Under the pieces are notes generated by a model. It was not told the origin of the DNA, did no database searches, and was given only the letters and a program-made list of their open reading frames with translations. Below, in pieces: positions 1-7,670 of a stretch of DNA of 24,000 nucleotides. The first letter of the stretch is position 1. Each line of letters opens with the position of its first letter. Source of the DNA: Fidelibacterota bacterium (GTDB taxonomy: Bacteria > Fidelibacterota > Fidelibacteria > Fidelibacterales > Fidelibacteraceae); assembly GCA_028699915.1 (NCBI GenBank), contig JAQVTR010000023.1, positions 2,456 to 26,455 on the forward strand, written 5' to 3'. The position numbers were made by a program, and so were the translations under genes.

Positions 1-403
1 AGAGCCGCAGTTCGGGATCGAGGGTTTTCAGGATCTCCTCGGATTTATCGGAAATGCGCAGGGCGCGCATCAGGACGTCCGTTTCCACCTGTCCAGCGCC
101 GAAGATCTCGGAGAGGCGCCCCTGCGTGCCGCGGCGCATCAGGTCCATCTGCCAGAGCCGGTCCTGCGCCATTACGTAGCCGACCGCCCGGTACAGGTCT
201 TCTTCGGTCTCGGCATAAATATGCGGAACGGCATATTCGTCACGGAAGATTTCCACCCGTGCCGTCATATTCCGCAGGTCGACGTCTTTGTTGTAATCCG
301 GCAGGCTTTTGGACGCGATGCGGTCCACCACAAAAAGTCCCGCCAGCAAAAGAACAACGACGACCAGCAAGGTGATCTGAATAACGCGCAGAACAACTTT
401 CAT
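1..403 (-). CDS. Penicillin acylase/amidase (Ntn-hydrolase, peptidase S45) family protein, N-terminal ~134 codons; the 3' part lies beyond the left edge
   Basis: Absent from the ORF track because it has no stop inside the window. My reverse-complement translation from the ATG (complement of 401-403) gives MKVVLRVIQITLLVVVVLLLAGLFVVDRIASKSLPDYNKDVDLRNMTARVEIFRDEYAVPHIYAETEEDLYRAVGYVMAQDRLWQMDLMRRGTQGRLSEIFGAGQVETD... This is a membrane anchor followed by the D-x-Y-x-VPHI ... GY-x-x-AQDRLWQMD ... RR ... GRLSE block typical of penicillin-amidase-family N-termini. Confidence 0.7.
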   Translation of the reverse strand, partial: MKVVLRVIQITLLVVVVLLLAGLFVVDRIASKSLPDYNKDVDLRNMTARVEIFRDEYAVPHIYAETEEDLYRAVGYVMAQDRLWQMDLMRRGTQGRLSEIFGAGQVETDVLMRALRISDKSEEILKTLDPELRL

Positions 404-441
404 ATTGCGCTCCTATGGCTATTTAAAGAATTCGTCAAAGA

Positions 442-1737
442 TCAGGAGTTCATCGTCCGGAGGAATTCCTTATTGCTCTTGGAATTGGACATGCGGTCGA
501 TCATGAATTCCATGGCTTCCATGGGACTCATTTCGTTCAGGAATTTCCGCAGGATCCAGACGCGTGCCAGCTCTTTTTGCGGCAGCAGCAATTCTTCCTT
601 GCGGGTGCTGGAACGGTTGACATCGATGGACGGGAAGATGCGGCGGTCGCTCAGGCGGCGGTCAAGCACCAGTTCCATGTTGCCCGTTCCTTTGAATTCC
701 TCAAAGATCACGTCATCCATGCGGCTGCCGGTATCGATCAGGGCGGTGGCGATAATGGTCAGGCTGCCGCCGTTCTCGATATTTCGCGCCGAACCGAAAA
801 AGCGCTTGGGCTTGTGCAGGGCGTTGCTGTCGATACCGCCGGAAAGGATCTTGCCCGAGTGCGGTACCACGGCGTTGTGGGCGCGGCCCAGACGGGTGAT
901 GCTGTCCAGCAGGATCACGACGTCATGGCCGTATTCCACCAGGCGCTTGGATTTTTCCAGGACCATTTCCGAGACCTGCACATGCCGTTCCGGGGGCTCG
1001 TCAAAGGTGGAGCTGATCACTTCGGCGTTGACATGGCGTTCCATATCGGTCACTTCCTCGGGACGCTCGTCGATCAGCAGGACCATCAGAATGACCTCGG
1101 GATGATTCGCCAGAATGCAGTTGGCGATCTTCTGCAGCAAAATGGTCTTGCCGGTCTTGGGCTGCGCCGTGATCAGTCCGCGCTGTCCCTTGCCAATGGG
1201 CGCCAGCAGGTCCACAATACGCATGGAAAGATCGTTTTCGTCATAGCGTTCAAGGTGCAGGCGTTCGTCGGGATACAGCGGCGTCAGGTTTTCAAAGGAT
1301 TCCAGGGTCTTGGCATAGGAGGGATCCATATTATTGATGGCCTCGACCTTCAGGAGAGCAAAGAACTTTTCCCCTTCCTTGGGCGGCCGCAGCTGGCCGG
1401 CGACCAAATGGCCGGTCTTCAGCCCGAAACGGCGGATCTGTGTCGGAGCCACATAAATGTCCAGCTCGCTGCCCAGATAGCTGAAGCGCTGGCTGCGCAG
1501 AAATCCGTAGCCGTCCTGCAGGATCTCCACCACCCCCTCTTCAAAGACGTGTCCCTGGCTTTCAGCCTGACAAGCCAAAATCTTGAAGACCAGCTCCTGT
1601 TTTTTTAGGTTTTGTGCACCCGGGACTTCAAAATCCAGCGCGATTTCCTGAAGATTTTTTAAATTGAATTCGAGAAGTTGAGAAATAGTATAATGCGTTT
1701 TCTCTTCCTCGTTTAGCGTCGTAACTGTTTCTGTCAC
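442..1737 (-). CDS. rho: Transcription termination factor Rho
   Basis: 431-aa ORF with a GTG start (complement of 1735-1737) a few nt after a GAGG SD. It carries near-invariant Rho blocks: [16 protein letters not shown](A)[12 protein letters not shown], Walker [40 protein letters not shown] and [27 protein letters not shown]. Confidence 0.97.
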   Translation of the reverse strand: MTETVTTLNEEEKTHYTISQLLEFNLKNLQEIALDFEVPGAQNLKKQELVFKILACQAESQGHVFEEGVVEILQDGYGFLRSQRFSYLGSELDIYVAPTQIRRFGLKTGHLVAGQLRPPKEGEKFFALLKVEAINNMDPSYAKTLESFENLTPLYPDERLHLERYDENDLSMRIVDLLAPIGKGQRGLITAQPKTGKTILLQKIANCILANHPEVILMVLLIDERPEEVTDMERHVNAEVISSTFDEPPERHVQVSEMVLEKSKRLVEYGHDVVILLDSITRLGRAHNAVVPHSGKILSGGIDSNALHKPKRFFGSARNIENGGSLTIIATALIDTGSRMDDVIFEEFKGTGNMELVLDRRLSDRRIFPSIDVNRSSTRKEELLLPQKELARVWILRKFLNEMSPMEAMEFMIDRMSNSKSNKEFLRTMNS

Positions 1738-1970
1738 AGCAACCTCTATTTATAATCGTTGAGAATATGATAACTACGATGTTGTCACGTATTTTAATTA
1801 AGTTGCATCATCTTGTCAAGCTGAAACTTGAAAAAATCATCGAAAAAAACGAAACCGGCAAAAACGCAATTTTCCGGAAAGCGGGCGAAAATAAAAATTT
1901 TTGCGGTTCATAAGAAATTGTATTTAATGTAATTGTGCCATGCGGCAACAGCCCCGGGAAAAAAATTAAT

Positions 1971-1999
1971 TTGATTTTAATTACTACATGTTGTATAAT
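1971..1999 (+). promoter_or_regulatory. sigma70-type promoter of the nrdJ operon (TTGATT - 17 nt - TATAAT)
   Basis: TTGATT at 1971-1976 and a perfect TATAAT at 1994-1999 with a hand-counted 17-nt spacer, about 70 nt upstream of the nrdJ ATG. Confidence 0.6.
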
Positions 2000-2029
2000 C
2001 TTTCGTGTTGATTATACCATATGTTGTGT
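1981..2029 (+). promoter_or_regulatory. Tandem NrdR-box-like operator pair
   Basis: Box 1 TTACTACATGTTGTAT (1981-1996) matches the published 16-bp NrdR-box consensus acaCwAtATaTwGtgt at 11/16 positions. Box 2 ATACCATATGTTGTGT (2014-2029) matches at 13/16. Box 1 overlaps the spacer and -10 hexamer; box 2 lies just downstream. Centre-to-centre distance is 33 bp (31-32 bp is typical). They sit in front of an RNR gene, the expected location. Confidence 0.6.
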
Positions 2030-2069
2030 AATTGCTTATTAATCAAGTAAATGTCATAATGAGGACCAG

Positions 2070-4574
2070 ATGTCGTTTAAAAACATGTTCAGGTATCGCG
2101 GCAAGTTCACAAAAATGGTCGGAGAAGAAAAGATCAAGACCTATGAACAGTTGTACGAACATCTTCGCGGTGCCGTCGAAAGCGGGGACCTGCCGCAGCA
2201 CGAGAATTATTTGAATGGCAATGAGCTTGCGGAAAACATTTACAGTAAAAAATACTACTTGCGCGATTATGACGGCAATCCCATTGAAGAGCGTCCGGAA
2301 GATGTTTTCATGCGCATTGCCTCTTTCGTGGCGGCGCAGGAAGTTTCCAAGATCAAGCAAAAGGAATGGGCCGAGCATTTTTACCGGGATCTGTACAACG
2401 GATACTGGATCGCGGGCGGCCGCGTGCTGGCGGGAGCGGGGGACCTTTACCGGCTGAAAACGCTGGCAAACTGTTTTGTGACGGGCATTGCCACGGACAA
2501 CATTGAATCCATTTACAAAACGGCGGCGGAGTGCGCCCGGACCTATTCTTACGGCGGCGGTGTCGGCGTGGATATCACGCCGCTGCGTCCCCGGGATTCC
2601 ATTGTGCACAACGCCGCGGACAGTTCCACCGGCGCAGTATCCTTTATGGAGCTTTTTTCCATGACCACGGGACTGATCGGTCAGTCCGGCCGCCGCGGCG
2701 CGCTGATGCTGACCATCGATATCAAGCATCCGGACATTTTTCATTTTATCAGGGTCAAAAAAACGCCCAACTGGGTCACCCGGCAGATCGTGGAACAATG
2801 CAGCTGGAGCGGTAAATTCAGCGAAGAACAGCTGTCCGAGATCAAACGGCAGGTCATGGACAACACCCAGATCCGTTTTGCCAATATTTCAATCAAGGTT
2901 TCCGACGAATTCATGCAGGCGGTCTGGGAAGAGAACGAATACAAGCGCGACAGCATTCTGGTTTACCGCAAACGCCATAAACTGCGCTTGACCGAAGCGC
3001 TCCAGGATAAAGGTTATTACTATTCGCTGGGGATCCCGAGCAAGGACGTTGAGGACTACGAATTGCTCAAGACCTTTGCGGATACCGAAAAAATGAACGC
3101 CTGGCTCGAGGAGCAATTCGGCCGCAATGTCCGGGAAGAGGACCTGCGGGACAAGAACAAGCGGGACGTTTACGGAGATTACCTGCTGGATGTGGGGAAG
3201 GGGGACTGGGAGCTTTCCTTGCGCTACGCCGGTGATTTTCTCCTGTATTTTGCTTCGGAACCTTCCGGGGAGATCCGGGATCTTGTCAAGGCCCGCGATA
3301 TCTGGAACCTTTTCGTGGAATCGAATTATCACTCGGCGGAGCCCGGACTGATCTTCTGGAGCAAGATGAGCAAATATTCGCCGTCCAATTATGTGGACCG
3401 GCCCATTATTTCCACCAATCCCTGCGCCGAGGTTCCGCTGGAAGACGGCGGAGCCTGCAATCTGGGATCCATTAACCTGAGCCGCTTTGTGCGCGACGGA
3501 TTTACGCCGAAGGCAAAGATCGACTGGGAGCAGCTAAAGATATCGACCGGGAACTGTGTGCGTTTTCTGGATAATGTGGTCAGTTGGAACGAACTGCTGA
3601 ACCCGCTGGAAAAACAACGCATTGCCGCGCAGGCCACGCGCCGCCTCGGACTGGGGATCATGGGGATTGCCGACATGCTCTTCCAGCTCGGGCTGGATTA
3701 CGACTCGGAGCAGGGTGTTGAGCTGATGGAAGAGGTAATGAGTTTCATCAACGACATTGCCTATATGACCTCTTCGCAGCTGTCAAAGGAAAAAGGCCAC
3801 TGCGAGAGCTTCGATTATGATAAATACGAAAAAGGGCCTTTTTTCCGGGAATCGCTGTCCGAAGAAACCCGCGAGCATATCCGGAACTTTGGGCTGCGCA
3901 ACATCGCGCTGACCTCGATCGCACCGACAGGTACCATCAGCAATATAATCAAATCCTTCGAGATCGGGAAAACCAATTACATCGGCGTCAGCGGCGGCAT
4001 TGAACCGCTGTTCGCCCTCTTTTACAAGCGTCGCGCGGAATCCTTCGACAACCAGTTTTTCCAGGTCTTCCATTCCACGCTGCAGGCCTATCTGGACCTG
4101 AACAATCTGAACGACAAGATCAAGGACGTCAAAAAGGAATTCGATCTGGAGGAAATTCTGCCCGCGTACTTTTTTAAGACGGCGCATACCATATCCTACG
4201 ACAAACGGCTGCAGATCCAGGCCGTCTGCCAGCGCTATATCGACCATTCCATTTCTTCGACCATCAATCTGCCCGAAGACATCGAGCCCGAAGTGATCTC
4301 GACGATCTATCTGGAAGCCTGGTCCAAAGGGCTGAAAGGCATTACCATCTACCGGGACGGCAGCCGCTATCCTATTCTGAGCCGGGAGGAGAAAAAGTCG
4401 GATTTTCAGGAATACCGTGAAAAGCGCTTTGAAATGGAGATCGGCAAAGACAAGGTGGTTGAATTCACCGGTGACGAGGTTATGGTCCTCGAAGACGGCA
4501 CCCTTTCGACCCCCTTCCATTATTTCCGCAAGACCCTGGGTGTGAGCGATCCCAAAGAGATCGAGGTGGTCTGA
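2070..4574 (+). CDS. nrdJ: Class II (adenosylcobalamin-dependent) ribonucleotide reductase, catalytic core (NrdJa-like)
   Basis: 834-aa ORF with a GAGGA SD about 5 nt upstream. RNR barrel motifs are present: TNPCAEVPLEDGGACNLGSINL (active-site Cys loop), SIAPTGTIS, SSTINLP and GITIYRDGSR. There is no R2 partner and no glycyl-radical motif, which fits class II. Confidence 0.9.
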   Translation: MSFKNMFRYRGKFTKMVGEEKIKTYEQLYEHLRGAVESGDLPQHENYLNGNELAENIYSKKYYLRDYDGNPIEERPEDVFMRIASFVAAQEVSKIKQKEWAEHFYRDLYNGYWIAGGRVLAGAGDLYRLKTLANCFVTGIATDNIESIYKTAAECARTYSYGGGVGVDITPLRPRDSIVHNAADSSTGAVSFMELFSMTTGLIGQSGRRGALMLTIDIKHPDIFHFIRVKKTPNWVTRQIVEQCSWSGKFSEEQLSEIKRQVMDNTQIRFANISIKVSDEFMQAVWEENEYKRDSILVYRKRHKLRLTEALQDKGYYYSLGIPSKDVEDYELLKTFADTEKMNAWLEEQFGRNVREEDLRDKNKRDVYGDYLLDVGKGDWELSLRYAGDFLLYFASEPSGEIRDLVKARDIWNLFVESNYHSAEPGLIFWSKMSKYSPSNYVDRPIISTNPCAEVPLEDGGACNLGSINLSRFVRDGFTPKAKIDWEQLKISTGNCVRFLDNVVSWNELLNPLEKQRIAAQATRRLGLGIMGIADMLFQLGLDYDSEQGVELMEEVMSFINDIAYMTSSQLSKEKGHCESFDYDKYEKGPFFRESLSEETREHIRNFGLRNIALTSIAPTGTISNIIKSFEIGKTNYIGVSGGIEPLFALFYKRRAESFDNQFFQVFHSTLQAYLDLNNLNDKIKDVKKEFDLEEILPAYFFKTAHTISYDKRLQIQAVCQRYIDHSISSTINLPEDIEPEVISTIYLEAWSKGLKGITIYRDGSRYPILSREEKKSDFQEYREKRFEMEIGKDKVVEFTGDEVMVLEDGTLSTPFHYFRKTLGVSDPKEIEVV

Positions 4575-5206
4575 TGTTAAATTACAGCAAAGAATACCGC
4601 ATCCGGGAAAAGAAAACGGAAAAAAAAGACGCCGAACGGCAAGCGCAGCCGCTGGTGCTTAAGCGTCCCGACGTGGTGGATGCCAAAGTCTATAAGATCA
4701 AAAGCCCCTTTGTAAAATTCAACGTGTATGTTACGCTTGGATACATCATGGAATACGGCCATAAACGGCCGATCGAAATTTTCATCAACTCGAAAGACCT
4801 GACCCATTCGGCGCAATATGCGGTGCTGACCCGCCTGATCTCGGCGATATTCCGCCGCGCCGGCGACGCCCAGTTCATTCTGGAGGAGCTGCGCAGCATC
4901 TACGACCCCAACGGCGGATATTTCAAGGACGGCAAATACATCCATTCCTTTTATTCCGAAGTGGCGGACGTGATCGAGCGCTTCTTCCGGGACGAAGGAA
5001 TTTTACAGGCGCCGGAACAGGGCGAACAGATCAGTCTGCCCATTAAGACCCAGCTGAGTTCAGTGCATACCGTTACCGACGAAGAAGACGATCCCACCAT
5101 GAACAATACTTTCAAGATCTGTCCCGAATGCAACAATCGCACCATGAAATACGATAACGGCTGCGAGTTCTGCGTACAGTGCGGATACACGAAATGCGAT
5201 AAGTGA
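4574..5206 (+). CDS. Separately encoded class II RNR C-terminal domain (NrdJb-like; TSCPD-type region lacking its cysteines) plus a Cys-rich zinc-ribbon tail
   Basis: 210 aa. The start overlaps the nrdJ stop by 1 nt (TGATG), with GAGGTG upstream. The segment RPDVVDAKVYKIKSPFVKFNVYVTLGY...RPIEIFINSKDLTHSAQYAVLTRLISAIFRRAG...ILEELRSI corresponds to the block that follows YRDGSR in single-chain NrdJ enzymes (RP..L.G.TYKIKT..G.LY.T.. / P.E.FIN.GK / RLIS.ALR). The C-terminus is CPECNNRTMKYDNGCEFCVQCGYTKCDK. Confidence 0.75.
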   Translation: MLNYSKEYRIREKKTEKKDAERQAQPLVLKRPDVVDAKVYKIKSPFVKFNVYVTLGYIMEYGHKRPIEIFINSKDLTHSAQYAVLTRLISAIFRRAGDAQFILEELRSIYDPNGGYFKDGKYIHSFYSEVADVIERFFRDEGILQAPEQGEQISLPIKTQLSSVHTVTDEEDDPTMNNTFKICPECNNRTMKYDNGCEFCVQCGYTKCDK

Positions 5207-5230
5207 AAAAAGTAAAAAAGCAAGAGACTG

Positions 5231-5254
5231 AAAAGGGATGAGAGTCCCTTTTTT
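5231..5254 (+). terminator. Intrinsic terminator of the nrdJ operon
   Basis: AAAAGGGA (5231-5238), loop TGAGAG, TCCCTTTT (5245-5252) continuing into a T run, 25 nt after the stop codon. Confidence 0.65.
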
Positions 5255-5344
5255 AGGTATTGAGCGGAAAAAGACGGCAAATTCATGTTTAAGATCCGGA
5301 GATCATATTGATCAAAGCCCGTCGCGTCTGAAGGAATGTCGGGG

Positions 5345-5633
5345 TGCCTGTCCGCCGAAGTCCCGACGAAGGCGGGTTGATTTGTTGATATTTGTTTTGA
5401 TTCAACATTTAAGACTCAAAATTCAAGGTAATTCCGCTGACCAGGCTTCCCAGGTTCCCAAGTTCCCAACTTCCGGCTTCTGCCTGCGCGCCGCAGTCCC
5501 GACGAAGGCGGGTTGATTTGTTGATATTCGTTTTGATTTAACATTCAAGATTCAAAATTCAAGGTAATTCCGCTGACCAGGCTTCCCAGCTTCCCAGGTT
5601 CCCAACTTCCGGCTTCTGCCTGCGCGCCGCCGT
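5345..5633. repeat. 136-bp tandem direct repeat, 2.1 copies, with internal 7-8-nt micro-repeats
   Basis: Copy A (5345-5480) and copy B (5481-5616) align without indels and differ by 9 substitutions in my manual alignment. A third partial copy at 5617-5633 matches 16/17. Each unit has a GC-rich head (TGCCTGCGCGCCGCAGTCCCGACGAAGGCGGG), 3x TTGAT(T/A), 3x ATTCAA(G/A), then CTTCCCAG/GTTCCCAA/CTTCCGGC 8-mers. Confidence 0.95.
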
Positions 5634-5709
5634 GCCAGCCATAGCGTTGCTGGGGTTTCTGACCAATTTTCCTTTTGTCTTTTTCTGCTAAACTTTTTAC
5701 TTTTCGTCT

Positions 5710-6327
5710 ATGGAACAGCTGCTTTTTTTATTCAGCGTTTTTGTGATCTCTTTTTCCGGAGCGATGATGCCCGGACCGGTAACGGCGGTCGTGATCGCCA
5801 ATGCCCGGCATTCCCGTTTTGCCGGTTTTGTAGTGGCTGCCGGTCACGCAATGATCGAGATCCCGCTCATCCTTTTTCTGGCTTTTTATGCGGCGAATTT
5901 TATGGAGAACCCGCTTGTTCATGCCCTTATTGCCTTTGCCGGAGCCGCCATGCTGCTTTACGTGGGCGGGGATATGATCAGAAAATCCGGCAGGGAGGAA
6001 GACCTGCAGATAAAAAACTATTCCGCCTTTCTGGGTGGTATTGTCAGCAGCATCAATCCCTATTTTATTGTCTGGTGGGCAACGACCGGCCTGGCCATGA
6101 TCCTGCAGGCAAAAAGTTTCGGTCACGGATTGCTGGTTTTTTTTATCATCGTCCATTTATCGGTGGATTTTTTCTGGGACGGCATCCTGGGCTGGCTGAT
6201 GAACCGCTCGGGTGCGTACAATTACCCCAAAGTCCGCAAGATCGTAACGATCCTCCTGGGCGTCTGCCTGATCCTGGTAGCGCTTTATTTTGTTTTTTCC
6301 GGGATCCGGGTACTTGGCAGCCGCTAA
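5710..6327 (+). CDS. LysE/RhtB-family amino-acid (small-molecule) exporter
   Basis: 205 aa and hydrophobic throughout (about 6 TM segments). The N-terminus ...FSGAMMPGPVTAVV carries the family PGP motif. No obvious SD. Confidence 0.75.
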   Translation: MEQLLFLFSVFVISFSGAMMPGPVTAVVIANARHSRFAGFVVAAGHAMIEIPLILFLAFYAANFMENPLVHALIAFAGAAMLLYVGGDMIRKSGREEDLQIKNYSAFLGGIVSSINPYFIVWWATTGLAMILQAKSFGHGLLVFFIIVHLSVDFFWDGILGWLMNRSGAYNYPKVRKIVTILLGVCLILVALYFVFSGIRVLGSR

Positions 6328-6344
6328 AAAAATCCATTAAATAT

Positions 6345-6373
6345 TTGACATTGCGACAAAAATCAACGATATT
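6345..6373 (+). promoter_or_regulatory. sigma70-like promoter (TTGACA - 17 nt - GATATT) with no ORF behind it
   Basis: A perfect -35 TTGACA at 6345-6350, a hand-counted 17-nt spacer, and GATATT at 6368-6373. Confidence 0.5.
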
Positions 6374-6379
6374 AATTTG

Positions 6380-6494
6380 CTTAATTGGTGTTCATTCATA
6401 AGAGGTATTTCTGAACATTGAGAATCGAACTTTACAAGGTTTCCGTAATGCGGGAGCCGGGAAAATAACGCACATCTGAAGGTGTGCGTTTTTT
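6380..6494 (+). ncRNA. Candidate ~115-nt small RNA or terminator-type leader (unknown family)
   Basis: Bounded by the promoter above and the terminator at 6467-6494. Contains an internal hairpin GGTGTTCA (6387-6394) / TGAACATT (6412-6419, including 2 G.U pairs). The only ORF is a 6-codon MREPGK (6448-6468). Confidence 0.3.
6467..6494 (+). terminator. Intrinsic terminator
   Basis: AACGCACA (6467-6474), 8-nt loop, TGTGCGTT (6483-6490) running into TTTTTT (6489-6494). It lies 16 nt upstream of the ATG at 6510. Confidence 0.7.
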
Positions 6495-6509
6495 ATATGC
6501 AATAAAAAA

Positions 6510-7250
6510 ATGAGCGGAGGGCATGACTTCATGCAAAAAGTACTTCAGCAGCTGATTGAACTTCAGGAACTCGATACACGCCGGGATGTGCTGATCGCAC
6601 GGCTCGGGGATCTGCCGGAAACGGTCAAGACCCTGGAAAAGCAGATCGGGAATGAAAAAGAGCAGAACATTATCCGGCAGACCGGGATTGAAGAAAACGA
6701 GAGTTTGATCCAAAGCAATAAGGCAAAGATCGAAGACCTGAAAGAAAAGATCGTCCGCTACAAGGAGCAACTTTATCTTGTTACGACGAACCGCGAATAC
6801 GATGCATTGACGGCGGAGATCGAGTTCAACGAAGAGGCGGTGCGGACGGCCGAAGGCCAGATCCTGCAGGCGGGGGAAGAAAACGACCGCCTTCGCGAGG
6901 CGCTTGAGCGCAGCGAAAAGAACGTTCAGGACATGGACGCCCACCTGGTTGAAGTCAGGAACTCGCTGGAAGAGACCCAGAAGCAGACGGAAGAGGAAAA
7001 GGCCGTGATCGAAGCAAAGCGCAGTGAGCTGAGCGCCGCCATCCCGCGGAATTTTATCAGCATGTATACGCGTGTCCGCAATGCCCGTAACGGTCTTGCG
7101 GTCGTAGCATTGGTCCGCGACGCCTGCAGCGGCTGCCATAACCGGGTCATTCCCCAGAAACGGGTGAATATTTATAAAAGAAATCAGGTCATTACCTGTG
7201 ATTATTGCGGCCGTTTTTTATACGCGTCGCTTGAAAAAGAGGAAGAATAG
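6510..7250 (+). CDS. COG1579/DUF164-type coiled-coil protein with C-terminal C4 zinc ribbon (putative nucleic-acid binding)
   Basis: 246 aa, or 239 aa from the in-frame ATG at 6531, which has GGAGG about 10 nt upstream. It has a long heptad-rich, E/K/Q-rich coiled coil, and the C-terminus is CSGCHNRV...(x18)...CDYCGRFLY. Confidence 0.75.
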   Translation: MSGGHDFMQKVLQQLIELQELDTRRDVLIARLGDLPETVKTLEKQIGNEKEQNIIRQTGIEENESLIQSNKAKIEDLKEKIVRYKEQLYLVTTNREYDALTAEIEFNEEAVRTAEGQILQAGEENDRLREALERSEKNVQDMDAHLVEVRNSLEETQKQTEEEKAVIEAKRSELSAAIPRNFISMYTRVRNARNGLAVVALVRDACSGCHNRVIPQKRVNIYKRNQVITCDYCGRFLYASLEKEEE

Positions 7251-7253
7251 CTT

Positions 7254-7633
7254 AAAGTCGGCGAGATGACCGCTCCATCCCGACCCCGAATTCCGGGGCG
7301 GGACCGGGGAGGAAAGTCCGAACTCCGCAGAGCAGGATGCCCCGTAACACAGGGAGCCCGTGAGGGCTGGATAGCGCAACAGAAAGCAAACGTCCCCGAT
7401 TCGTCGGGGTCACGGTGAAACGGCGAGGTAAGAGCTCACCAGTTCCGGCGGCAACGCCGGAAGCTCGGCAAGCCCCATCCGGAGCAACACAAATCGGAAA
7501 GTATGCCCTGCTCGGGTTAACGCTTTCCTGGTCGTGGCTGGACCGGCCCGGAAACGGACCGGCAAGATAAATGGTCATCGTCCTTCCGCCATTTGGCGGA
7601 CAGGGCAACAGAATTCGGCTTATGACCGGCTTT
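7254..7633 (+). ncRNA. rnpB: RNase P RNA, bacterial type A
   Basis: P1 pairing AAAGTCGG (7254-7261) with CCGGCTTT (7626-7633). Universal P4 strands GAGGAAAGTCCG (7309-7320) and ACAGAATTCGGCTTAT (7608-7623). Also CAACAGAAAGCAAAC, GGTGAAACGG, GGTAAGAGCTCACCAG and CAAGATAAATG, all collinear with E. coli M1 RNA. Confidence 0.95.
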
Positions 7634-7670
7634 AAGCTTTTTGACCTTTCAATGCGAAATGAGCATAAGT

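Noticed and set aside
577-1608. Long antisense ORFs opposite well-supported genes: 577-1608 (+) versus rho; 2043-2798 (-) and 3783-4520 (-) versus nrdJ; 6432-7139 (-) versus the Zn-ribbon gene; 7953-8681 (-) versus recJ; 16791-17495 (-) versus the ATPases; 19116-19814 (-) versus M28; 22515-23051 (+) versus MMPL.
   Set aside because: Their translations are low-complexity and rich in R, G, A and P, with no recognisable motifs. They have no SDs, and each lies fully inside a gene with strong family signatures on the other strand. These are typical shadow ORFs in roughly 50-55 % GC DNA.
1738-2069. Cobalamin riboswitch upstream of the B12-dependent RNR.
   Set aside because: There is no B12-box-like GCCACTG core or extended GC-rich multi-stem structure. 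The region is AT-rich and is better explained by a promoter plus NrdR boxes.
2890-3300. Possible intein or intron insertion in nrdJ. The stretch between DEFMQAVWEENEY and KARDIWNLF...AEPGLIFW looked longer than I remember for other NrdJ proteins.
   Set aside because: There are no intein splice-junction residues (no Cys/Ser/Thr start followed by ...HN plus Cys/Ser/Thr) and no homing-endonuclease motifs. The frame is uninterrupted and composition is similar to the rest of the gene. It is most likely a lineage-specific loop, and I cannot quantify it without an alignment.
5359-5375. Guanidine-II (mini-ykkC)-like hairpins, considered because ACGA occurs in a CCCG...CGGG stem-loop, twice, upstream of an exporter gene.
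   Set aside because: The loop is 7 nt (ACGAAGG), not an ACGR tetraloop. The stem is only 4 bp. The two copies are 136 nt apart as part of a larger duplication rather than joined by a short linker.
5238-5516. 92-aa ORF reading through the 136-bp repeat.
   Set aside because: It has no SD, it starts inside the nrdJ-operon terminator, and its sequence is dictated by the micro-repeats. The second repeat copy is not in the same frame as a continuing ORF.
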